NCBI GenBank assembly: GCA_964627245.1
Contig: CAZVGS010000001.1
Coordinates: forward strand, 25,256 to 89,255
Length of the DNA stretch: 64,000 bases
Source: an uncultured Gammaproteobacteria bacterium
GTDB lineage: Bacteria; Patescibacteriota; Microgenomatia; Levybacterales; GWA1-39-11
Reading direction: 5' to 3'
The notes under the pieces are model-generated. The model did no database searches and was not told where the DNA came from. It saw only the letters and a program-made list of their open reading frames with translations. This document shows positions 35,717 through 46,093 of this stretch, piece after piece. Numbering within the stretch: position 1 is the first letter of the stretch; each line of letters starts with the position of its first letter. A program made the translations under genes and the position numbers.

Positions 35717-37224
35717 GCTTTTTTCTCCTTTCTGTAGAAAGACAGCAAAAGAAGTGTCAGCCCAATCCCAAGAACAGAGGCAAAATGTGCGATAGTATAG
35801 CTATAGGCATTCATGTAGGGCGAAAGAAAGATATTGTAGATAAGAGAGCTTGATTGATTTTTCTCAAGCATAGAAAGATTGTATTCAGGCGTATGAGGAA
35901 TTGGCTGTGGTAACGCAATGGCCTCTACTTTTGGCGGGATAGCATTGGTTGTCATGACACCAAGCGTACTTAGAAAAGAACTGTATGCAAAAAGCGCAAC
36001 AACACAAACCAGAAGCAAATATCTGATCCTTTCAAAACTAAGAACCAACGGAACTGCACTGCAAAGAATTGCCGCGGCCGGTATTAAATATCTGGGACCA
36101 TATGACCACCCGCCCCAAGGATCTCCAAACATAGTATAAAGCACTATATTAAGAAGAATTACAGAAGAAGCTGTAGCAGCAGCAATGGCATGGCTTTTTC
36201 TGCGGTATGAAATTATAAGTCCTAAAATTCCAATCAGAACAATAGGACTGTAGTAAAGCCAAGACCTCTCATCGCTTAGAGTTAACACATAAAATCCCTG
36301 CATCTGCTCACGGGTATCAAAAGGCAAAAGGAGCCCTCCCCTGTCAGTCAAGTCACCGCTAGGTCTGTTGGAAACCGCCGTACCTACTGCAAAAACATCT
36401 GTTCTTCCAACTGATTGAGCCAGAGAAGTATAACTTCCAAGAGTTATTTTGTTATACATGCCAAAGGCAATAAGCACGGGTATTAGTCCTACAAGAAGTC
36501 CAAATAGTGCAAAATTTATTTTAAGCTTAAATTTATCAAGGCTTTTTGAAACAATTACAATTTTCGAAAGCAAAAGTAATCCGGCTGGGATCATAAGAAT
36601 CAGTGCTGGAATATCCACAAGCAAAGCAACCCCGCAAAGAAATCCAAAAAGTACAGATCTCATAAAATTAACCTTTGAAACCGCTATCAGTATTCCCAAG
36701 AGAACAACGGTAACGCTCATGTGGTGCTGGGTTAGGGTTTGGGAATAGGCAAGTGCATTTGTAGCAAAAGTGAATGCAAAAGCTCCAAAGAGACTACCCC
36801 AAAAAGAGGCGCCAAGTCTTTTTGCAAGACTTGCTACTAAAAAGAAGTTGGCAACCGCAAAAAGAGCGGTTGCAAAATACGCTCCCAATTGCGGAGCTGA
36901 AAAGTACTGACCTAGGAGATAAAATGGAACCGCTGCAAATGACACGCCGGGAGTAAAAATAGAGAAAAATTTTCCGCCGCTTGCAACAACGTCAGGAGAT
37001 GCGAATTTTGCTTGCTCAAAGTTGAGCTCAAAAGTGCCGTTTTTAACTATAGCTTCTGTAAGTGCGTAGCGTGCAGTACTATTTGAAGACTCAAAAGGTC
37101 CGCTCACGCGTATGTCGTAACCCGATTGAAAAGCAATAGGGTTCCCGCGGTTACCTTTTACAGCAAAAGCTATAAGTGCAACCACTACCAAAGCAAGAAT
37201 GATAATTACTATTTTTCTAAACAT
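35713..37224 (-). CDS. Polytopic membrane protein, GT-C-like (PMT/ArnT-type) candidate
   Basis: N-terminal TM, a periplasmic segment, then ~10 TM segments. Operon context. Confidence 0.4.
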   Translation of the reverse strand: MFRKIVIIILALVVVALIAFAVKGNRGNPIAFQSGYDIRVSGPFESSNSTARYALTEAIVKNGTFELNFEQAKFASPDVVASGGKFFSIFTPGVSFAAVPFYLLGQYFSAPQLGAYFATALFAVANFFLVASLAKRLGASFWGSLFGAFAFTFATNALAYSQTLTQHHMSVTVVLLGILIAVSKVNFMRSVLFGFLCGVALLVDIPALILMIPAGLLLLSKIVIVSKSLDKFKLKINFALFGLLVGLIPVLIAFGMYNKITLGSYTSLAQSVGRTDVFAVGTAVSNRPSGDLTDRGGLLLPFDTREQMQGFYVLTLSDERSWLYYSPIVLIGILGLIISYRRKSHAIAAATASSVILLNIVLYTMFGDPWGGWSYGPRYLIPAAAILCSAVPLVLSFERIRYLLLVCVVALFAYSSFLSTLGVMTTNAIPPKVEAIALPQPIPHTPEYNLSMLEKNQSSSLIYNIFLSPYMNAYSYTIAHFASVLGIGLTLLLLSFYRKEKKA

Positions 37225-38131
37225 ACTGAATTTTTTTTGTTGATACGGCCATGGTCCATTTTGCTGTTAATAGCCGTTCAGCTTTATGCGCTAGAATCTT
37301 TGTGTAAAGGTTTAATATAAAGATAAAAACACAATGCACCGGATGCTTAATAAAGGTTACTATGTATATTCGCAAGAGTAAACTCATATCAATTGAGTAT
37401 TCCTGTTCAAGCAAAGAATTAGGGAAATACTTTTTTAAGCGAAGCGGAGCTGCCCTAAACCTTGTATTTTGCACTATTTGGTCTCTCAGGTTTTGAGGTG
37501 ATCGAAAACTAACGATTGCACTTTTAACAAACTTGTATCTAAATCCCATAGAAAGGTTAGAAAAGTATGCAAACTCATCGTTTGCAATCATGTCCACAGG
37601 GATTGAAAGCTTTTTATAGACTTCCTTTTTGAAAGACAGAAGTCTGCCGTCAGCAGAAAGGGGATTCTCTCCATTTCTCACAAGGGGTCTTAGTTTTATG
37701 TAAGCCTCAACTGTATGGTTCACCGCCGCTTCGATAAAGGTTTTTGCTTCGGCTGGCATTGGGTTTCCTCCACACATTCCATATTTTGATTTATTAAGCA
37801 ATGGCTTCACAATATCCCTGACAACATATTTGTGAGAGAATACTACATCAGCATCGGACTGAACCAAAACGTCTGCTTTAACCTTTGAGTAGATCGCATT
37901 TAAGTTTGATGATTTACCCTTTCTTTTCTTATTAACCAAAACTTTAATTCTTGAATCTTTCACTTTGCTTATCTGTTTTAATGTTCTATCCTCCGAACAG
38001 TCGTCTATAACTAGAATTTGGTTGATTACAAATCCTTCTTCCTTCTGCGAAACAACCGACTTCAAAAAATTCAAGATATTATCTTCTTCATTGTAAGCAC
38101 TAATAGCAATTGATACAGTTATTTTTTTCAT
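37217..38131 (-). CDS. Glycosyltransferase family 2
   Basis: ISAYNEEDNI...VIDDCSEDRT...SDADVV matches the GT-A DxD architecture. Confidence 0.85.
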   Translation of the reverse strand: MKKITVSIAISAYNEEDNILNFLKSVVSQKEEGFVINQILVIDDCSEDRTLKQISKVKDSRIKVLVNKKRKGKSSNLNAIYSKVKADVLVQSDADVVFSHKYVVRDIVKPLLNKSKYGMCGGNPMPAEAKTFIEAAVNHTVEAYIKLRPLVRNGENPLSADGRLLSFKKEVYKKLSIPVDMIANDEFAYFSNLSMGFRYKFVKSAIVSFRSPQNLRDQIVQNTRFRAAPLRLKKYFPNSLLEQEYSIDMSLLLRIYIVTFIKHPVHCVFIFILNLYTKILAHKAERLLTAKWTMAVSTKKIQYV

Positions 38132-38132
38132 A

Positions 38133-39290
38133 TTAAATTATCTCCTTAACATAGTTAACCAACTGCTTTGCTACCGCTTTGGGCGTAAATTTTTTACGGA
38201 AAAGCTTGTACCCATTTTTAGCTATTTTTACCCTTAAGGCTGGGTTATTTTTTAGTTCAACAATTGCTTTTGCTAAAGCCTTTGGATCAGCAGGCTTTAC
38301 AAGATACATATTGTCTTTGTGCTTAAACATACTTCTTGTTACAGGAGCATCCGCAGTCATAACTACTCTGCCAAGAGAAAGCCCTTGGTAGACTTTATTA
38401 GGAATTATTCTATCAACGCTTGGGTGCTTTTGAAGAAAGCCCAAAAATATATCTGCGGATTGCATGACTGGCAAATGCTCACTCACTGGAACATTGTGAT
38501 AGAACTTTAAGTTTTTAAGCTTAAGTTTTTCAGCAAGATTCCTATTTTTTTCGTAGGTGTTGCCTTGACCAACAAAGGAAAATGTAACATTTTTGTCATT
38601 TCTCAAAAGATGCGCTGCCTTAACAATGTGTTCTACTCCATGAACCGGACTGTATAGGCCGTAATATACAACATGCACTTTCTTACTTTTCGTATTTTTG
38701 TAAGGTGTGTACTTATAGCCTGCATCATCAGCACCAATTGGAAGAACTCTCAGCTTCTTCTCGTTTAGATTAAAATCCCGCTTCAAATGCTCATATTGAA
38801 AAGGGGTGTCTGCAAAAACCATGTCGCAGGCCTTGTAACATAGTGCCTCGGCAAGCTTTATGGACCTACCCAGAAGTGATGTTCTTTTTAGAATCCCTTG
38901 CTCGTCGGAAAATCCATTGTAAATTATAAGCAAAGGGTTGAATACAAGTTTTTTCCCAAAAATCTTTGCGAATGGATAGGCAAGGAATACATCAAAATGC
39001 CCAGGATAACCAACATATATTGCATCGGTTTTAGCAAATTTGTCAAAATTTCTGAAAATTTCAACAAAAATCTTATACTTCCTTAGGATCCGCTGAAGCA
39101 ATTTCACAAATGACATCTCATTTTTCTCAGTTAATTTTGTAACTTCTATATGCGAGTTTATCTCAACAACTTTGATATTGTTTTCCGCAAGACCGCGAAG
39201 CATCATTTTATTTGATGTGTAATTCTTATCGTATGTACCAAAAAAGCAAATTTTCATATTAATTAAAAGCCTTAGAGCTCTTGCTGACAC
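38133..39290 (-). CDS. Glycosyltransferase family 4 (GT-B)
   Basis: GT4-like two-Rossmann layout. EX7E-like C-terminal region (MTADAPVTRSMFKHKDN). Confidence 0.75.
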   Translation of the reverse strand: MSARALRLLINMKICFFGTYDKNYTSNKMMLRGLAENNIKVVEINSHIEVTKLTEKNEMSFVKLLQRILRKYKIFVEIFRNFDKFAKTDAIYVGYPGHFDVFLAYPFAKIFGKKLVFNPLLIIYNGFSDEQGILKRTSLLGRSIKLAEALCYKACDMVFADTPFQYEHLKRDFNLNEKKLRVLPIGADDAGYKYTPYKNTKSKKVHVVYYGLYSPVHGVEHIVKAAHLLRNDKNVTFSFVGQGNTYEKNRNLAEKLKLKNLKFYHNVPVSEHLPVMQSADIFLGFLQKHPSVDRIIPNKVYQGLSLGRVVMTADAPVTRSMFKHKDNMYLVKPADPKALAKAIVELKNNPALRVKIAKNGYKLFRKKFTPKAVAKQLVNYVKEII

Positions 39291-40161
39291 TCCATGTAGA
39301 AGTTGTCATCCTCTCAACTCTAGCGTTAATTTTCATTTTTATAAGAATCCCAAAATATATTAAAAAAGTGAGCGGATATCTAACCAAATACTTTATGGAA
39401 TGCTTAATAACTATTGACCTAGGCAGTCTTATTTCTGACTTCAAAAAAGTACTGCCAAAAACTCGCTTTAATTGTTTGTAGGAGTTAAAAAACCTAACAC
39501 TTTGTTTTTTGTGATCCTGTAGAGTCTGCGGAAGACGGTAATATACATTGGCGTTTCTTGCAAAGCGGTATGTATACCCATTGGCAATTGCAAAAAGGTA
39601 TGAAAATGCGTCTTCGGCTACAATACTCTCATCAAATTTCATTTTTTTATAGAGTCTTTTAGTAAGAGCCCTTGCTCTTCCATGGCACGTATAGATGTTG
39701 TCGCCATTTTTATAATCCTCAAAAATTTCCTTTTTCAGGTTCATGCTAATTTTGAGAACCTGTTCAAGCTTCGAATGTGCCCAGTACTCTTTGACCCTTG
39801 CGGATGTCAGGTCAGCATCTTTATTAAGAACTGGGTCAATAAGCTTGCACAAGAGCATAGGATCCTTAATCAGAATGTCTGCATCAAGATGTACAAGAAT
39901 GTCTGAAGTTGTCTCTTTTGCTATTAAATTAAGAGCATATGCCTTTCCTCTTCTTTTCTTATTCTCGAAAAGCACTATTCTTTTATCTTTAATTGCCCGT
40001 ACTTTTCTAACAGTGCTGTCTGTACAATTGTCAGCGACAACAACTAGTTTATCTATGTCATATGTCACATTTTTTTGACTTAAGACGGAAAACACAAGGC
40101 TTTGGATGTTAGCCTCTTCGTTATATGCCGGTATGCCGATAGTTATGGTAGTTTTTTTCAT
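39259..40161 (-). CDS. Glycosyltransferase family 2
   Basis: MKKTTITIGIPAYNEEANI...VVADNCTDST...LDADIL. Start chosen at MKKTTIT. Confidence 0.85.
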   Translation of the reverse strand: MKKTTITIGIPAYNEEANIQSLVFSVLSQKNVTYDIDKLVVVADNCTDSTVRKVRAIKDKRIVLFENKKRRGKAYALNLIAKETTSDILVHLDADILIKDPMLLCKLIDPVLNKDADLTSARVKEYWAHSKLEQVLKISMNLKKEIFEDYKNGDNIYTCHGRARALTKRLYKKMKFDESIVAEDAFSYLFAIANGYTYRFARNANVYYRLPQTLQDHKKQSVRFFNSYKQLKRVFGSTFLKSEIRLPRSIVIKHSIKYLVRYPLTFLIYFGILIKMKINARVERMTTSTWSVSKSSKAFN

Positions 40162-40163
40162 AA

Positions 40164-41081
40164 TTACATAAAAATTCCTATTTTTGAGGAAAACGTTAGT
40201 TCCCATTTTCCATTTTTTGACGCAGCCTTCCTTAGCGGAAATAGTCTAATAAATAGATTCATAGCAACCGATCCCGTTGTATATACAGGGTTCTTAAGAA
40301 AGAATTTAATGGTTGATCCTAAAAGCAACCTTCTTGGCATGTAATACTCTTTCATTATTTCTTCACCAATTGTTTGTCTGACACTTTTTTTATCTTCAGT
40401 AGTTGACCGCAACCCAAGAACTCTCCAGTCATGGAGTGTACTTACTGTTCTCATGTAGACTTCGGCTTTCTTACAGAATACGTAGCCGTTCTTATTATTT
40501 TGGGTTGCTTTCGCATAAAGATAATTTTGATCAGAAATAGTGTTTTTTGGATAAAAGATATTCCTTGCAAACTCGGTTCTTACCAATTGGGCTGCACCCA
40601 TTAGTGAATAAATGTTGTTTCCGCGATTCAATTTCATGACAGCATCCTCAAAACTTTCATAAGAGTAGTTACTGAGAATTCCAAAAAAGCTCTTCTGGTG
40701 TACTGGTATAAAGCGTGCACCAACGACATTCACATTCTTCTCAATCTTCTCAACCAAATTTTTTATAGTATCAGTATTCTTAAGAACAACATCGCCATCC
40801 AAAGACAATATAAAATCCCCTGTAGCAATCCTATAAAGTTCATTTAGTCTTTGTGCTTTACCCTTCCTTCGCCCATCAGCCAAAAGAGAAATATTTGGGT
40901 GTTGGTTTGCAAAATCTCTCACAACATCTTTTGTACCATCATGAGAACCATCATCGAGCACCAAAATTTCCTTAATGGAAAAATTACTTCCTTTTTGCCT
41001 ATAAATCGATTCCAAAAGATTGAGAATGTTTCTTTCTTCATTAAGTACTGGTATGGCGACTGTTATAGTTACTTTTTTCAT
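40164..41081 (-). CDS. Glycosyltransferase family 2
   Basis: MKKVTITVAIPVLNEERNI...VLDDGSHDGT...LDGDVV. Start chosen at MKKVTIT. This leaves a 1-nt gap to the upstream gene. Confidence 0.85.
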   Translation of the reverse strand: MKKVTITVAIPVLNEERNILNLLESIYRQKGSNFSIKEILVLDDGSHDGTKDVVRDFANQHPNISLLADGRRKGKAQRLNELYRIATGDFILSLDGDVVLKNTDTIKNLVEKIEKNVNVVGARFIPVHQKSFFGILSNYSYESFEDAVMKLNRGNNIYSLMGAAQLVRTEFARNIFYPKNTISDQNYLYAKATQNNKNGYVFCKKAEVYMRTVSTLHDWRVLGLRSTTEDKKSVRQTIGEEIMKEYYMPRRLLLGSTIKFFLKNPVYTTGSVAMNLFIRLFPLRKAASKNGKWELTFSSKIGIFM

Positions 41082-41082
41082 A

Positions 41083-43545
41083 TTAATTTCTATTGAACGA
41101 CGGTAGTGATATGCTTGGGATAATTCCCTTTGACTTCTGTCGTGCTTCGATATTTGTGAGATTGTAAAATTTTTGGGCATTTTTCTTCCAGCTAAATTCT
41201 TGTGCCCATGCATATGCCTGCTCAGAAAACCTTAATCTTACATTTTCCTTCAAAAATAGCTTTTTTATCGTTCTTTCAAACTCGTCTATATTGTTAAGCG
41301 CAACTAAAAAGCCTGTTTTGTTATGAAGAACAGAATCCCTGAGACCATTGACCCTTGATGCTATGACCGGCGTTTTATAGGCATTTGCTTCAATAACAGT
41401 AATTCCCCACCCTTCAACCGATGAAGGCTGGACGGCAGCCCAGCTTTGTGAAAGTAACTTTGCTTTCCTTCTCTCGCTGACCTTTCCTGCAAATATTACA
41501 TTTTTCTGGATGTTAAGACCTTTAACAAGCTTTTTAAGCGTTGTCAGACTTTCCCCTTCCCCGGCAATGGTAAATTTGGCGTTGGGAATGTCAGCTAGAA
41601 TTCGTGCAAAAGCCTTTATTGCAACATCCACATTCTTGTAGTTCTTAAGTCTTCCAAGGTACAGCAATGACGGATAAGAAGTCTTAGGATGCATCTTTCC
41701 GCTTAATGTGATACCGGGATTGACTATTTGTATATTCTCCGGCTTTGCAATTTTTGCCCGTAAAATTTCATTTCTTGAGGACTTTGAGACGGTAACCACA
41801 ATGCTGTTTCTATAAATAAATGGCATCGCTTTTCCTTCTAAAAATTTAGCCACGTATGACAATGGGAATTTAAGGTGCTGCATAAAAATGTCTTGATGAA
41901 CATGATGGATGAGTAAAATGACTTTTCTCGTGCTAAAAAGAGGAGCAAAAAATGGAATTCCGTTTTCCGAGTCGATAATAACGTCATAGGAATTTCTTAA
42001 CTTGAATATATAGTAGACCGCAGCCCAAAAGTACACGGTGTAAAACCCCCCGCGTCTAAGAATAAGAATTCCGTCAATGACTTCATTTGTTCTGCATTTT
42101 CCGTCATTTCCACAAAAAATTGTTACGTTGTTGCCTGCCTTTTTCCATTCACGGGCGAGTTCACGGATGTATACCTCGGCTCCGCCGGACCACAAATGCT
42201 TTGTATCCCGCCAGTTAAATATAAGTATGTTTTTTCCATCGGTCGGAGCCAGGGGTATGGGTCGCAAAAGATCCGGTATAAGCCGTATGTTGCTCCACAA
42301 AGCATAAAGCCTTGTATTGAGCATATGAACGGTAAGTGTTACTCCGAGGCTCACAAAGCCTAAAAATGCCATAACAACAGCAATTTCTCCTACATTGCTG
42401 TGAAATGTTGCTATTAAGATTACTTGTACTGTTGCTAATATGAAGCCGAGAATTGGAAGCATGTGATACCCTTTAATTTGATGGTATGAAATGATATTGG
42501 AGGCCACTGTAAATGCAACCATTCCGGCGGTGTAAAGCCCGATATATGGCAGTATGCTTTGCGCCCTATCTCCGAATAGCAACGGCACTGTTACATCCTT
42601 GAAGGCCGAGATCACAACAAAAGCAGCAAAGCTTGACAGGAAAGTACCTATTAGAAGCTTGTTAAAAACGTTTGACTTTTTGCCCCTTCCTTCTTCAAGA
42701 CTTACCATTGGAAGTATAAATTGCGAAAGCAAAGACCCGGCAAAGTACACCATTTTTCCTATAAGAGAAAGGAGGGCATAATGCCCGGCCTGGTCTGCAG
42801 GCAGGAAATGCTTAGCAAGAATGACATCAGCAGTTATATAAAGTACTGCCGAAGCCCTTGTCAGGGCGCTTGTTGCCACGAATTTGTAGGGAAACTCATT
42901 TTTAATTTCTACTTTCTTTAGTCCTGCCTTCACAGTTCTTGTAAAGTAAGCGATAAGTGCGAATGTTACAAATGAGGAAATTGGAAGTCCCAAATATACA
43001 TATTCTCCCAAATTATTTTCGGCAAGAATAATAACAACAAGAAGCTTAGCCAAAGCATCAATAACGCCGATTGCTGCTAGTCTTCCAAAGAGTAAATTAC
43101 CGCGGATAAAACCCCCATCAATTGCAGATACCAAACCCATTATCCAAATCGGGGAAATCGCAAGAAGCGGAACTATACTATCAAGCTTGAAAAACTCCTT
43201 CAGCAAGGGAGTTGAAAGTGTCCAAAGCACAGTCACTATAAGAGCACTAAGAGCTACTCTTTTTCTCATATACTTCCAAAATTCTTTAGCCGGAATTTTG
43301 AACTTTCCTAAAATGTAAGCGCTTCTATACGTCACACTTCTCCCAAGGGCGTTTATAGGAATATCAAAGAGTGAAAAAATACTTCCAAGAAGGCTTATGG
43401 TTGCAAAATCCTCAATGCTTATGGATCTGCCAAGGTACACGTTATAAACAAAATTTATAAAATTGGCAAAAATTGTTGATCCAATAAGAACAAGCCCCCT
43501 TGTTTTGACCGAGTCTCTTTTTATAATTTTTTTAAGTAAATTCAT
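41083..43545 (-). CDS. Fusion of a Wzx/RfbX-like polysaccharide flippase (N-terminal, ~12 TM) with a GT4 glycosyltransferase (C-terminal)
   Basis: aa 1 to ~420 is a MATE-like polysaccharide-biosynthesis membrane domain. aa ~440-828 is GT4 (NILIFNWRDTKHLWSGGAEVY...EGWGITVIEA). Start could be 43569 (first M) or 43545 (M9). Confidence 0.7.
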   Translation of the reverse strand: MNLLKKIIKRDSVKTRGLVLIGSTIFANFINFVYNVYLGRSISIEDFATISLLGSIFSLFDIPINALGRSVTYRSAYILGKFKIPAKEFWKYMRKRVALSALIVTVLWTLSTPLLKEFFKLDSIVPLLAISPIWIMGLVSAIDGGFIRGNLLFGRLAAIGVIDALAKLLVVIILAENNLGEYVYLGLPISSFVTFALIAYFTRTVKAGLKKVEIKNEFPYKFVATSALTRASAVLYITADVILAKHFLPADQAGHYALLSLIGKMVYFAGSLLSQFILPMVSLEEGRGKKSNVFNKLLIGTFLSSFAAFVVISAFKDVTVPLLFGDRAQSILPYIGLYTAGMVAFTVASNIISYHQIKGYHMLPILGFILATVQVILIATFHSNVGEIAVVMAFLGFVSLGVTLTVHMLNTRLYALWSNIRLIPDLLRPIPLAPTDGKNILIFNWRDTKHLWSGGAEVYIRELAREWKKAGNNVTIFCGNDGKCRTNEVIDGILILRRGGFYTVYFWAAVYYIFKLRNSYDVIIDSENGIPFFAPLFSTRKVILLIHHVHQDIFMQHLKFPLSYVAKFLEGKAMPFIYRNSIVVTVSKSSRNEILRAKIAKPENIQIVNPGITLSGKMHPKTSYPSLLYLGRLKNYKNVDVAIKAFARILADIPNAKFTIAGEGESLTTLKKLVKGLNIQKNVIFAGKVSERRKAKLLSQSWAAVQPSSVEGWGITVIEANAYKTPVIASRVNGLRDSVLHNKTGFLVALNNIDEFERTIKKLFLKENVRLRFSEQAYAWAQEFSWKKNAQKFYNLTNIEARQKSKGIIPSISLPSFNRN

Positions 43546-43546
43546 A

Positions 43547-45790
43547 TTAAAAGATAATTGAAATAGCATATCTCACAGGCTTTAGAATGATTTTAGGAAT
43601 GTCAAACTCCTTATTTGTTTTTTTGGATTTTCTTATCAGGTGAAGTCCGTGAACTGTTTTTTCCCAATAATGGGGCTTGAATATAAGCTGGTGAAGCGCC
43701 ATAAACCCGGCAATACTTATAGCAATCCAATAAATTGGAATGAGAAATGTGTACTTAATAATCCCGTACTCCTTTCTTTTCATAGCACCAACCATGTAGT
43801 AATACATAAAGAAGAAGTTCCCGAAGACAAGTGATGTTACAGCCATATAAAAAACAATTGAAGGATAAAGCCTTTCAATCGACGGTCCCACAAATGAATA
43901 CAATGTGAAGTAGGAAATTGTTGCGACCCACAAAAATGGATTTATGAGTATAAAAGCAATCTTGCCACCTATGATTAAGTGAAAAATCGGAAAATGTCTG
44001 CCGTGCTCTTTTGCAAATTTAAGACTTTCTCTGGTATGGACAAGATAAGTTTGCATATATCCTTTAATCCACCGTGATCTTTGTCTAATCCAATTTCCCC
44101 ATTTAGAATTTGCTTCCTCCAGAGTGGTCGACTCAATAATCGCCGTTTTATATCCCAGCTTGAATAGTCTCATTCCAAGATCTGCATCTTCAGTTACATT
44201 GAATGGATCCCACCCTTCAAGTCTGTGAAGATCTATTGTCCGGAAATGATTGGAAGTTCCACCAAGCGGAATACTCGTATTGATAGACTGAAGACCTGTG
44301 AGGCTCACATCAAACCATAAAGAATACTCAGCTGTGAAAAACCGTGTTAATAAATTTTGATAAGGATTATAGTAATTCAGCTTTGCCTGAAGACAGATAA
44401 CATTTCTCGGTACTTTTTGGAAAGCAAGATAGGCTTTTTTCAGCTGTTGAGGTTCGGGCTTATCCTCGGCATCAAAAATAACAAGATATTCTCCCTTTGC
44501 AAAAGATAGACCGTAGTTGCAAGCCTTCGGCTTGGTTTTTGGCTGGGAGTCAGGGACAACTACAGCCCTTACGTAGGATGGTAAATGCATTTTCTTTACT
44601 TTGGCTATTGATTCCCTATCGTCTTCTTCAAGAAGAAGCATGACGTCAAGCTTCTCCTTAGGCCAATTAAGTTGATCAATTGAGCGCAAGAAATGTGGAA
44701 TAACGTGAGCTTCACGATAAAGAGGGCAAAGAATTGTGTAGATTGGAAGAGTGTCATTCTCCAGAGCATTTAAGGTAGTCGGATGTATATCGATTTCCTG
44801 TGTATTTCTTAGACTTTTAAGAACAAGGTATAAATTAAACAATGTGTCCGAGAAGTAAATAAAGCTTAACGTTGCGACTAGAATGGATAGAGTCAGCATC
44901 GGATTTGCAACCATCCCTACCAAAAATATTACAAAAAGCAAACGGATGAAATTTTTTTGTTTTGTAGTAAATGTTGTAATAGAGCTCGCCTTATGAGAGA
45001 GGGTTGTATGAGTGACATAGTGTCTTTTTTTATGTCTCAACCCGGCTCCTCTCATGGAGCCGTCAATTTTAGAATTAAATGCTTGAGGACCGACCTTATT
45101 TAGCTTGAGCCGGATTGCGTTTCCGCCTATTTCAAATATTGTTTTTATTGCCCCGACATTTGACGATCCCGAACTTCTTTTTTCAAAGCTTATTTCGTGG
45201 TTATTAATTTCGTAGCCAGCCTCTGTTGCCTTGTACAAAAATTCCAAGTCAAATGTCCATGCCGAACTGGGATAGACCCGTACAACATCAATTACTTCCT
45301 TCCTAAACAACTTCAATCCGGATTGGATGTCATGGTCAAGACCAAAGAGGGTCTTTCCGAATCCAAATCTAAATCCACGGCTTAACACTTTTCTAAAAAA
45401 GCTGTCCTTATATTTTTTCCTATTAGCAACAACAATGTCACAGGCTTTAAGTTTTTCAGCCATTTCAAAAACAGCTTCAGGAGGATATTGCAGATCTGCA
45501 TCGATAAATGCGATATTCTCGTATTTAGCGTAAGAGAAGCCCTCCAACAAGGAGTAAGACTTTCCTCTTTTTCCCCTTTTTAGGTAAAATGAAACTGGAT
45601 ATATAGTTGAGAGAACTGAGGCAATTTGTCTGGTTTTGTCTGTCGAGTGATCGTCCACAACAATTATTTCAAAATCGTAACCTTTGTTAAGAAGGGTAAT
45701 ATTGATCCGTTCAACAAGAGCAGTAATATTTTCTTCCTCGTTACGGGTTGGAACAATAATTGACAACTCTTTTTTGATTTTTTTGTTCAT
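43547..45790 (-). CDS. Tandem GT2: a Dpm1-like GT2, TM segments, then a processive GT2 synthase (cellulose/chitin-synthase-like)
   Basis: N-domain LSIIVPTRNEEENI...VVDDHSTDKT...IDADLQ. C-domain VIFDAEDKPE, VTEDADLGMRL (TED) and QRSRWIKG (QxxRW), with multiple TM segments. Confidence 0.75.
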   Translation of the reverse strand: MNKKIKKELSIIVPTRNEEENITALVERINITLLNKGYDFEIIVVDDHSTDKTRQIASVLSTIYPVSFYLKRGKRGKSYSLLEGFSYAKYENIAFIDADLQYPPEAVFEMAEKLKACDIVVANRKKYKDSFFRKVLSRGFRFGFGKTLFGLDHDIQSGLKLFRKEVIDVVRVYPSSAWTFDLEFLYKATEAGYEINNHEISFEKRSSGSSNVGAIKTIFEIGGNAIRLKLNKVGPQAFNSKIDGSMRGAGLRHKKRHYVTHTTLSHKASSITTFTTKQKNFIRLLFVIFLVGMVANPMLTLSILVATLSFIYFSDTLFNLYLVLKSLRNTQEIDIHPTTLNALENDTLPIYTILCPLYREAHVIPHFLRSIDQLNWPKEKLDVMLLLEEDDRESIAKVKKMHLPSYVRAVVVPDSQPKTKPKACNYGLSFAKGEYLVIFDAEDKPEPQQLKKAYLAFQKVPRNVICLQAKLNYYNPYQNLLTRFFTAEYSLWFDVSLTGLQSINTSIPLGGTSNHFRTIDLHRLEGWDPFNVTEDADLGMRLFKLGYKTAIIESTTLEEANSKWGNWIRQRSRWIKGYMQTYLVHTRESLKFAKEHGRHFPIFHLIIGGKIAFILINPFLWVATISYFTLYSFVGPSIERLYPSIVFYMAVTSLVFGNFFFMYYYMVGAMKRKEYGIIKYTFLIPIYWIAISIAGFMALHQLIFKPHYWEKTVHGLHLIRKSKKTNKEFDIPKIILKPVRYAISIIF

Positions 45791-45791
45791 A

Positions 45792-45980
45792 TTAGTGAGT
45801 AACTCTGTGATTCTTAACAAAGCCTTCCAGGGCATTTTTTTCAACCCTGTAATGACCACCAAATTCCACTGCAGGCAAGTCTCCTTCTTTGATATATTTG
45901 TAAATTGTGAGAACAGAAAGCTTGAGGTGAGATGCTACCTCTTGCACGGTTAGTAGTTCGTTAATCTCGTTATATCCCAT
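45792..45980 (-). CDS. Excisionase-family helix-turn-helix DNA-binding protein (MerR-like fold)
   Basis: 62 aa. LTVQEVASHLKLSVLTIYKYIKEGDLPAVEFGGHYRV matches the excisionase/Xis-type HTH domain. Sits at the head of the glycan operon. Confidence 0.7.
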   Translation of the reverse strand: MGYNEINELLTVQEVASHLKLSVLTIYKYIKEGDLPAVEFGGHYRVEKNALEGFVKNHRVTH

Positions 45981-46093
45981 ATTAAATAGTTATAAGATGT
46001 GAATTATAACTACTCTAGCCTATATTGTCAACTATAGGGTATCTATTAGGAATAATCAGTTATATTAAGTAGTGCCAGGTAAGGTTTGGCGAG

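Noticed and set aside
44956-45533. Plus-strand ORFs of 60-90 aa inside the tandem GT2 gene
   Set aside because: They are antisense to a CDS with clear GT2 and QxxRW motifs and have no independent support.
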